Below, one piece after another: positions 56,741 to 64,000 of a stretch of DNA of 64,000 bases. The notes below the pieces were generated by a model that saw only the letters and a list, made by a program, of their open reading frames with translations, was not told the DNA's origin and ran no database searches. The position numbers and the translations under genes are program-made. Position 1 is the stretch's first letter. Each line of letters starts with the position of its first letter. This DNA comes from an uncultured Chloroflexia bacterium (GTDB lineage Bacteria > Chloroflexota > Limnocylindria > Limnocylindrales > CSP1-4): contig OY970218.1 of the NCBI GenBank assembly GCA_963713975.1, positions 320,001-384,000 on the forward strand, written 5' to 3'.

Positions 56741-57622
56741 TTACGGCTCGTCGAGCTCGTCGGTCTCCTCGACGAACGCCTCGTCCGTCGTCTCCTCCGG
56801 CGGCAGGACTCGGTCGAGGTTCTCGATCTCCTCGTCCTCGACGTCGTCCTCGAGATCGTCCTCGAGCTCCTCGTCCTCGCGGACCAGCGTGCCCTTCGTG
56901 TACGGGCGCAGGTCGGTGGACTTGGCCGCGGTCGGGAAGCTGACCTTGCCGTAGTTGCGCGGGTCCTGGAAGATCTCGCGGATGATCAGGCGGACGTCGC
57001 GGTCGCCCAGCGAAGTGACCCCGGCGATGTACCGGTTGCCATCCGCCATGAGCTTGAGCAGGCGGGCGGCCACGCGGGGCTCGACGATGCCGATCCGGAC
57101 CCCGTTGCTGTTGGCGATCAGCCGGTTGCCGTCGGGAACGAGCTCCACCGCGTCACCCGGGTTGACCTGGGCGAGCTCGGCGGGTCGGGCGAGGTTGGTC
57201 AGGTGGGCGAACCCGGTCTTGCCGGTCTCCTCCACGAAGATGCTCACCGGCGCCTTGGAGCCCTTGACCGCCGGCACCGTCTTCTCGCCGGCCTCGACGA
57301 GCAGGACCTTCAGGCGGTCGATGTTGCGCTCCGCGATGCGGTTGGTGGGATCCAGCGCCAGCGCCTTCTGGTAGTGCTCCCGGGCGGTCCCCAGCTCGCC
57401 GAGCTCCCACAGCGACTTGGCCAGGCGGTTCTCGGCCTCGGAGTCCGGACCCAGCTCGATGAGGCGCCGGTTGGTCTCGGCCGCGTCCGCCCACTGGGCG
57501 GCGTTCGCATGCGCGATGGCCTGCTCGACCAGCTGCCGCTTGAGCCGGGTCTGGCCTGCTGGCGTCTGGGCGGCGGCGTCGATCTCGGGGAAGGTCACGT
57601 AGGGGTCGTCCTTTCGGTCCAT
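56741..57622 (-). CDS. TPR protein with HIRAN-like domain and acidic tail
   Basis: TPR helices (AENRLAKSLWELG...YQKALALDPTN); PGDAVEL...RIGIVEPRVAARL; D/E-rich C-terminus. Confidence 0.78.
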   Translation of the reverse strand: MDRKDDPYVTFPEIDAAAQTPAGQTRLKRQLVEQAIAHANAAQWADAAETNRRLIELGPDSEAENRLAKSLWELGELGTAREHYQKALALDPTNRIAERNIDRLKVLLVEAGEKTVPAVKGSKAPVSIFVEETGKTGFAHLTNLARPAELAQVNPGDAVELVPDGNRLIANSNGVRIGIVEPRVAARLLKLMADGNRYIAGVTSLGDRDVRLIIREIFQDPRNYGKVSFPTAAKSTDLRPYTKGTLVREDEELEDDLEDDVEDEEIENLDRVLPPEETTDEAFVEETDELDEP

Positions 57623-57734
57623 CGGGACGCGGCGCGCCGGGGCGTGACGAGACATGCCACACCGGACCGGCGACGAACGCGGGCACTGGTTTCTAGCACT
57701 CCCCGGCCCCGCCGTCAAACGCGTGCGAGCCCGG

Positions 57735-58553
57735 TCAGATGCGCAGGCGGAGGTTCCAGGCCACCACGACCACCGCGAGCACCGCGAGGAGGACCGTCTC
57801 CCACAGGAAGCGGGGCTCCCGGCGCCTCGCCGGGGCGGTGGCATGGAGCGCGTCCCACAGGTAGAACACCAGGGTGAGGGCGGCAGGACCGACGAGGCGT
57901 GGCACGTCCATGGCACGGATGGCGCCCGCCGCGACGGCGATGACGATCGCGTATGTCACCGCCGAGCGCAGGGCGTCACGGGCGTTCCCGTAGCGGACGC
58001 ACGCCACCCGGTAGCCGAGCACCAGCGCGACCACGGCGTCGGCGGCGGCGAGGACCAGCAGCCAGCCCTCGGTCAGTCCCGAATCGGCGCCGGTCGCGCC
58101 GGGTTCCGGCAACCCGCCCGGCACCAGGACGGCGACCCCGGTGAAGGCCACGAAGGCGGTGAGCACCGCGGCTGCCAGGATCCGGGCCCGATCCGCATCC
58201 GTCGTGCCCGTCGCCTGGACCAGGAGCCGCAGCTCCAGCACGAGGATCCGGTCCAGGGCGAAGCCGAACAGGGCGAGCGCCGGCACCAGGCCGAGCCCAG
58301 CCGGCACCAGCTGGATGGCAGCGGCCGTCCCGCCGGTCAGCACGGCGGGGACCAGCAGGGACTCGAAGGGGCGCCTCGGAAGATCGTCGGCGCGAAGGAC
58401 CGCCGACCCGGCGAGGATCATGGCGATCGGGAGCAGGGCGACGACGATGAACGCGTCGGACTGGTCCACGAGCCGCGTGATCGCCACGAGGACGACCGCG
58501 ACGAGCACGAGCTCGCGGCGGGCCAGGGCGGCGTCAGGGTCCCGATCAACCAT
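57735..58553 (-). CDS. Polytopic membrane protein of unknown function (~9 TM)
   Basis: Continuous hydrophobic helices; start overlaps the polX 3' end by 8 nt. Confidence 0.75.
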   Translation of the reverse strand: MVDRDPDAALARRELVLVAVVLVAITRLVDQSDAFIVVALLPIAMILAGSAVLRADDLPRRPFESLLVPAVLTGGTAAAIQLVPAGLGLVPALALFGFALDRILVLELRLLVQATGTTDADRARILAAAVLTAFVAFTGVAVLVPGGLPEPGATGADSGLTEGWLLVLAAADAVVALVLGYRVACVRYGNARDALRSAVTYAIVIAVAAGAIRAMDVPRLVGPAALTLVFYLWDALHATAPARRREPRFLWETVLLAVLAVVVVAWNLRLRI

Positions 58554-60387
58554 CGGGGGCGATGGTACGTCCCGCCGCACGGGCACGGTCGGGTTTCGCG
58601 GCCACCCAGGCCATGAGATCCGGGCGCGACCTCGTGTTGAGCACGTTCCGCGGCTCCAGCCATGCCCGGCGAGCCTGGTCCACGCCCCATCGGACGTAGT
58701 CCAGCTCGTCCGTCCGATGAGCGTCCGAATCGATGGCCAGGATGCAGCCGGCCTCGCTCGCCCGCCTCGCGCGTTCGGGAGCCAGGTCCAGGCGGTGCGG
58801 CGAACCGTTGATCTCCAGGGCCGTGCCCGTCACCGCGGCCGCCTCGAACACTGCGTCCCAGTCGAGATCCAGGTCGTCGCGGGCCTGGATCATTCTCCCC
58901 GCCGGGTGGGCGATCACGTCCACATGCGGGCTCTTGATGGCGTTGAGCGTCCTCCTGGTGAGCTCCGCGCGGGACTGGCGGCGAGCCACGTGGACGGATG
59001 CGACGACGACATCGAAGCGGGCAAGCAGGTCGTCGTCATAGTCCAGGGTGCCGTCGGCCCGGACCTCGAGCTCGCAGCCGTGGAGCAGGCGGAATCCGTC
59101 CGGGGACGCGCCCGCCGGCAGGGCGCCGGCCGACTCCTCCGCGGCGAACCGGGCGTTGAGCGCGCCGATGATCCCGCGTTGCAGCTCCACCCGCGTGCGG
59201 TCCAGGCCATGGGCGATGGCAAGGCCATGCGAGTGGTCCGTCAGGACCTGGTAGGCATAGCCACGACGGCGGGCGGCCTCGGCCATCACCTCGATGCTGT
59301 GCGCGCCGTCGCTCCACTCGGAGTGACTGTGGAGGTCGCCGCGCAGGTCGTGGAGCGCGATCAGGTCGGGCAGGCGTCCATCGCGCGCGGCATCCATCTC
59401 GCCGCCGTCCTCGCGGAGCTCGGGTGGGATCCAGGGCAGGTCCAGGAATCCGTAGACCTCCGCCTCATCGGCACAGGTCCGGAGCTCCTCCGCGTCGCCG
59501 GTGAGCGGCTGGCCGTCCGGGCCGAGACGCAGGAACCCCTTCTCGGACAGGCTCCAGCCCCGGTCGCGCGCCAGCGCCCGCAACCGGACGTTGTGGGCCG
59601 CGGACCCCGTAAAGTGCACGAGGTACGATCCGGCCCCGCCCGGCGGCATGATCATCAGGTCGACCTGCGGCCCGCGGGCGAGGACTACCGAGGCCTTTGC
59701 ACTGCCCGCCCCGAGCACCCGCTCGACGGCCCCGAGGGTCGTGAACCGCTCCACCGCCATCTCCGGCAGGTCCGTCTCGACGAGCAGGTCCAGGTCACCG
59801 ATCGTCTCCCGGCGGCGGCGCAGTGAGCCCGCCTGCACGACCCGCCGGACGCCCGGCGTGTCGGCGAGCAGCGTCGCCAGTTCGTCGGAGATCGACTGCG
59901 CGTGGTGGAGGAGCAGGCGTCGCGACCTCGACTCCAGCTGCTCGATGCCCTCGAGGATCCGCTGCTCCGTGCCGCCGGAGATGCCCTTGAGGCCACGCAG
60001 GTGCCCGGCCTGGGCCGCTCGGCGGAGGTCCTCGAGGCTCTCGATGCCGAGCTCCAGCCAGACCAGCCGGACGGTCTTGGGTCCCATGCCCGGGATGCGC
60101 AGCAGGTCCACGAGGCTGGGCGGGACCTCCTCGTGCAGGCGTTCGAGGAGCGAGATCCGGCCGGTGGTGGCCATCTCGACGATCTTGTCGCCGATCGCCT
60201 TGCCGACGCCCTGGATCGGCCGGCGGTCGCCGCGCGCGTAGACGGATGCGACGTCGAAGGGAGCACGCTCGATCGCGTCGGCCGCGCGGTGATAGGCGAT
60301 GGTCTTGAAGGGGATCTCTCCCTTGACCTCGAGGATGTCACCGATCTCGTGGAACGCCAGAGCGAGGTCGGCGTTGGATTGGGGCAT
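58546..60387 (-). CDS. polX: DNA polymerase X / PHP 3'-5' exonuclease
   Basis: HhH (IPGMGPK), GSLRRRRETIGDLDLL, FTGS, DLHSHSEWSDG, SDAH. Confidence 0.95.
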   Translation of the reverse strand: MPQSNADLALAFHEIGDILEVKGEIPFKTIAYHRAADAIERAPFDVASVYARGDRRPIQGVGKAIGDKIVEMATTGRISLLERLHEEVPPSLVDLLRIPGMGPKTVRLVWLELGIESLEDLRRAAQAGHLRGLKGISGGTEQRILEGIEQLESRSRRLLLHHAQSISDELATLLADTPGVRRVVQAGSLRRRRETIGDLDLLVETDLPEMAVERFTTLGAVERVLGAGSAKASVVLARGPQVDLMIMPPGGAGSYLVHFTGSAAHNVRLRALARDRGWSLSEKGFLRLGPDGQPLTGDAEELRTCADEAEVYGFLDLPWIPPELREDGGEMDAARDGRLPDLIALHDLRGDLHSHSEWSDGAHSIEVMAEAARRRGYAYQVLTDHSHGLAIAHGLDRTRVELQRGIIGALNARFAAEESAGALPAGASPDGFRLLHGCELEVRADGTLDYDDDLLARFDVVVASVHVARRQSRAELTRRTLNAIKSPHVDVIAHPAGRMIQARDDLDLDWDAVFEAAAVTGTALEINGSPHRLDLAPERARRASEAGCILAIDSDAHRTDELDYVRWGVDQARRAWLEPRNVLNTRSRPDLMAWVAAKPDRARAAGRTIAPDG

Positions 60388-60407
60388 GCCCCCATGGTAG
60401 GCGGATC

Positions 60408-61853
60408 CTAGGAGGCCACCACGCGGTTGCGCCCGGCTCCCTTGGCCCGATAGAGCGCCAGGTCGGCCCGTGCGATCACCCGCTCGAGCGGCTCGTCCGG
60501 CTCCTCGCCGACCGCGACGCCGACCGAGACCGAGACCCCGGGGACACCCAGGCGACGAAGGTCCAGCTGCGACACGGCCCCACGCACACGCTCGCCGATC
60601 TCCGCGGCGACCTCCCGCGATGGGTTCCTGAGCAGCACCGCGAACTCCTCGCCCCCGTACCGCGAGGGAACGTCATCGTCGCGGACCGCCGAGGCGATGG
60701 CCTGCGCGACCTCGCGCAGGACGTGGTCACCGACCGCATGCCCGAAGGTGTCGTTGAGCCTCTTGAACCGGTCGATATCGACCATGAGCACGCCCACACG
60801 GTCCTCCGCGCGCCGACGACGGGCCAGCAGCCCGAGGTACTCGTCGAAGTAGCGACGATTGGGGAGACCCGTCAGGGCATCAGACGTCGCCCGCACCTCC
60901 GCGTCCCGCAGCGAGTAGACGCGTGCGAGCGCGGCGGATGCCTCGGCCGCCGCGGCCGCCAGGAAGCGGTGCGTGCTCTCCGGCCACTCGGTGTCCAGCC
61001 GCCGGGAGAGCACGATCGCCCCTTCGACACGTCCATCCACCCGGAGCGGAGCCGCCAGCTGGTTGCGCAGCCCGTACGTGTCGCGCAGGCGGGCCGCGAT
61101 CCGGTCCGCGATCCGCTGTCCGGCACCCTCGCGTGACGATGTGGCATGACCGGGCCGGCGCGTCCTCGGCTGCACGGCCAGCGCGACCGCGCCATTGCCC
61201 CGCGCACGATCCCCCACGGACCCCGCGCGTTCGCCGGGCCGGGCGCCGAGGCCGAGCAATACGAGCTCGGGGTCCCCGTCCGGGTCGGGCTCGATGGCCA
61301 CCGCGGTCAATCGACGGCCCCGCGCCGCCGCGATCGCCAGCTCCGCCATGGCCCGGTCGACCGCTGGATCCTCCAGCTCGCCCAGCGGCAGCGTGGTCCG
61401 GGAGGCCGGAGCGCCGGCGCGGGTCGGCGACAGGATCGCCTCGAGGTTCCGGGTCTCGGGCCGGCGGCGGACCACGGCCACGTAGTCGGCGCCGGTCCCG
61501 GCGCCCAGCTCCTCGACGATCGCAGCGACGATCGCATCGGGCGACACCGAGCGCGCCAGGCCGCGCAGGATCCGCGCGAACGACTCCGCCTCGCCGCGAC
61601 GGCTGCCCTCGGCGCCGGCCACCACGTCACGCTCGCGCACGGCAGCGAGACCCACGAGCCCCACGAGCACGATGCCCAGCAGGTCGAGCGGACCCGGGGC
61701 GAGGACGAACCGGATGACCTCGAGCATGCCCAGGACCAGGAGAGAGAGAAGGAGGGGCCGCCGGACCATGGCCCGCAGGTCGCTGCGCAGCCTATCGCCC
61801 CCGATTGACCGTCCGCGGTGTCTCACCCTGAGTCCCAAGGATGGGGGAGACAT
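60408..61853 (-). CDS. TM-GAF-GGDEF diguanylate cyclase
   Basis: DALTGLPNRR, DIDRFK..NDTFGH, RDDD I-site, GGEEF; start could also be 61769. Confidence 0.9.
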   Translation of the reverse strand: MSPPSLGLRVRHRGRSIGGDRLRSDLRAMVRRPLLLSLLVLGMLEVIRFVLAPGPLDLLGIVLVGLVGLAAVRERDVVAGAEGSRRGEAESFARILRGLARSVSPDAIVAAIVEELGAGTGADYVAVVRRRPETRNLEAILSPTRAGAPASRTTLPLGELEDPAVDRAMAELAIAAARGRRLTAVAIEPDPDGDPELVLLGLGARPGERAGSVGDRARGNGAVALAVQPRTRRPGHATSSREGAGQRIADRIAARLRDTYGLRNQLAAPLRVDGRVEGAIVLSRRLDTEWPESTHRFLAAAAAEASAALARVYSLRDAEVRATSDALTGLPNRRYFDEYLGLLARRRRAEDRVGVLMVDIDRFKRLNDTFGHAVGDHVLREVAQAIASAVRDDDVPSRYGGEEFAVLLRNPSREVAAEIGERVRGAVSQLDLRRLGVPGVSVSVGVAVGEEPDEPLERVIARADLALYRAKGAGRNRVVAS

Positions 61854-61917
61854 CGGCCGGCGGCAACCCGGATGGTTAGTACTGTCGGCGACCCGGTCGC
61901 GGTACTTCAGTACCGGG

Positions 61918-63795
61918 TCAGTGCTCCCCGGACCTCACCTGAGCCTCCACCATCGCCCCGGCAGCCGGCCGCTCATGGCGGCCTGCGCGCGGGCCGTGGC
62001 CGTCCGGCCTGGATGGCCCGGCGTCGCCGGCAGCGTCACCCGCGGACCGGGCGCGATTGCCTCCGTCGTGCTTGGCGTCGTAGAGGCGTACGTCCGCGAT
62101 CGCGATCAGCTCGGTGGCCGACCGCCCGTGCTCCGGATGTGTGGCGATGCCGATCGAGGCGCCGATGGGGATCGGCTGCCGGCCGTCGGCCGCGAACGGA
62201 GAGCGCCGGAAGGCCTCGAGGATCCGGTCCGCCACCACCGCGGCCGCCTCGTCCGCGGTCTCCGGCAGGATGAGGGCGAACTCGTCCCCGCCATAGCGGG
62301 CTGCGACGTCCGAGCCGCGCAGCACGGATCGGATGAGCCCTGCGACGTGGACCAGGACCCGGTCTCCGTACAGGTGCCCGAACGAGTCGTTGACGAGCTT
62401 GAAGTCGTCGAGGTCGAGCATCACCACGCTCAGCGGACGCCGGGTCCGGACAGCGCGGACAACCTCCTCGGCCAGCCGCTCGCGCAGGTACCGGTGGTTG
62501 TAGAAGCCCGTCAGCGGGTCGCGATCCGCCAGGTCCCGGGCGGTCTCGTAGAGGCGCGCATTCTCGAGTGCCATGCCCGCCTCATGGGCCATGGTGCGGA
62601 CCAGGGTGATCAGGCCCGAGTCCGTGACTGGCGGACCCTTGAACGTCAGCTCGACGATGCCGATGCCGGCGTCCTTGGCGACCAGCGGCAGCATGACCAG
62701 GCCCCGCACGCCGTCGTGATGCAACAGGGCGACCTCCGCCGGGTCCGCGTCCGGGTCCTCCACGTCGACGATGGCAATCACCCGTTCCTCCAGGACGCGG
62801 CGGGTCAGCGGATAGCCCTCCAGCTCGTAGTAGTCATCGAGATCCAGTCGCCGCCGCGCCGGGTGGCAGCCCAGCGTGCGCAGCCGATCGCCGGGCACAT
62901 CCCAGTCGCTGATCTGGACCTCCTCCGCGCCGACCGCCCGCGCGAGATGCTCGGCCATCAGGTCGGCCACGGCAACGGGGTCGAGCGAGCGAGAGAGCGC
63001 GCTGCTCATGTCCAGCAGCTGTCGCAGCTCCTCCGCGAGACGCCGGGTCTCGGCCAGGTGGCGGGCGCCCGTGAAGGCGGTCGCCGCCTGGTCCGCCAGG
63101 ATCAGCAGCAGGCGCAGGTCGTCGTCGTCGAACTGGCGCAGGCCCAGCTTCGAGAGCGCGATGACGCCGACCAGCGCTCCGTCGTGGAGCATCGGCACGA
63201 CCAGCATCGACTCCACCACGTCGTCCGTGCCGGGGATCGTCATGCCCCTCGGGTCCGCCTGGGCGTCGTCCACCCGGATCGCGGCGCGGTGCTCGCCGAC
63301 CCACCCGGTGAATCCCTCGCCGAGCCTGGTCCGCAGGATGTCCAGGTCCACCTGCTCGTAGGCGCCCACCCGCCCCTCGAAGGCCACGGGCACCAGCAGG
63401 TTCGGGGGTTCCAGCAGGTACACCCGGGCGTTGTGGTAGTCGATGATCCGTCCCGTCTCCTCCACGACGGCGCGCCCGACATCCTCGTTGGTCATGCTCG
63501 CGCTCATCCGGTGGGCGGCCTGCTGGAGAACCCCCAGCTGGGCGGTCCGGCGGGCCTCGACGGCGCGTGCACGGCCCACCAGCGCGCCCGTGATCAGGAC
63601 GGTCCCGCCGATCGTGAGGTCCAGGACGAGGATCAGGTCCTCGAGCGAGGCCGGTCCTCCGTGCGCAATCCAGCCCGCCACGCCGAGGGAGAGGATGACG
63701 AGCCCACCGCCGAGCGCGAGCAGGTGCAGACGGGCCGACCCGGCGCGGGTGCGTGGGCGGACGTTGCGGCGGGGAACGGCGGACACGCTTGGCAC
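61918..63795 (-). CDS. TM-GAF-GAF-GGDEF diguanylate cyclase
   Basis: Two GAF domains (GEGFTGWV...SMLVVPM); DPLTG, DLDDFK, RGSD I-site, GGDEF. Confidence 0.92.
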   Translation of the reverse strand: MPSVSAVPRRNVRPRTRAGSARLHLLALGGGLVILSLGVAGWIAHGGPASLEDLILVLDLTIGGTVLITGALVGRARAVEARRTAQLGVLQQAAHRMSASMTNEDVGRAVVEETGRIIDYHNARVYLLEPPNLLVPVAFEGRVGAYEQVDLDILRTRLGEGFTGWVGEHRAAIRVDDAQADPRGMTIPGTDDVVESMLVVPMLHDGALVGVIALSKLGLRQFDDDDLRLLLILADQAATAFTGARHLAETRRLAEELRQLLDMSSALSRSLDPVAVADLMAEHLARAVGAEEVQISDWDVPGDRLRTLGCHPARRRLDLDDYYELEGYPLTRRVLEERVIAIVDVEDPDADPAEVALLHHDGVRGLVMLPLVAKDAGIGIVELTFKGPPVTDSGLITLVRTMAHEAGMALENARLYETARDLADRDPLTGFYNHRYLRERLAEEVVRAVRTRRPLSVVMLDLDDFKLVNDSFGHLYGDRVLVHVAGLIRSVLRGSDVAARYGGDEFALILPETADEAAAVVADRILEAFRRSPFAADGRQPIPIGASIGIATHPEHGRSATELIAIADVRLYDAKHDGGNRARSAGDAAGDAGPSRPDGHGPRAGRHERPAAGAMVEAQVRSGEH

Positions 63796-64000
63796 GGTTC
63801 CGATAGTGGCAGCCGTGCGTGCTCGGGGGCACCATCCGAAGGTACCGGCGAGGTTGGGCGGACGGCGGGCTCAGCCGGGGGCGGCGCGTGGCGGCCCGGA
63901 CGGCCCCGGCGGTCAGGTCGCGGTGGACCACCCCGCGCCAAGCCGGAGGACCTGGCGGTCCCGGACGACGCGATCCCGTGAGGTGTTGACGGTGTCCACG

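Noticed and set aside
1-64000. Numerous long overlapping or antisense ORFs (e.g. 9493-11772, 54378-56954, 61672-63981)
   Set aside because: Shadow frames expected in very GC-rich DNA; Arg/Pro/Gly-rich, no motifs, and each overlaps a well-supported gene.

Overview
Very GC-rich bacterial chromosomal segment with about 53 genes. Gene content and widespread leaderless genes suggest Chloroflexota, possibly Limnocylindria/Ellin6529-like (inference only). I found no rRNA, tRNA, CRISPR array, transposase or phage gene. Most genes are housekeeping or metabolic: 3' end of pyruvate:ferredoxin oxidoreductase with a DHODH-like partner, ybaK, a DEAD-box helicase, two ABC-2 exporters, tag, a SpoIID-like protein, an Opp/Dpp importer next to a Rieske oxygenase and solA, thyX, punA, moaA, acs, mscS, polX and two GAF-GGDEF cyclases. 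Five features stand out. (1) An unannotated, highly structured RNA candidate of about 290 nt on the minus strand (39541-39834) with its own sigma70 promoter, GNRA loops, a pseudoknot and an upstream DnaA-box-like cluster. (2) A SatD (nucleotidyl-cyclase-like + HTH)/DUF3307 pair with a tandem palindromic operator, next to two stand-alone cNMP-binding proteins and a flavoprotein. (3) GreA fused to a degenerate GIY-YIG-like domain. (4) An apparently inactivated DNA methyltransferase fused to a PD-(D/E)xK-like domain, clustered with a TPR-HIRAN-like gene and polX. (5) An acidic coiled-coil protein paired with an orphan receiver-MinD/CpaE ATPase. All family assignments come from motif recognition by eye; no database search was run.
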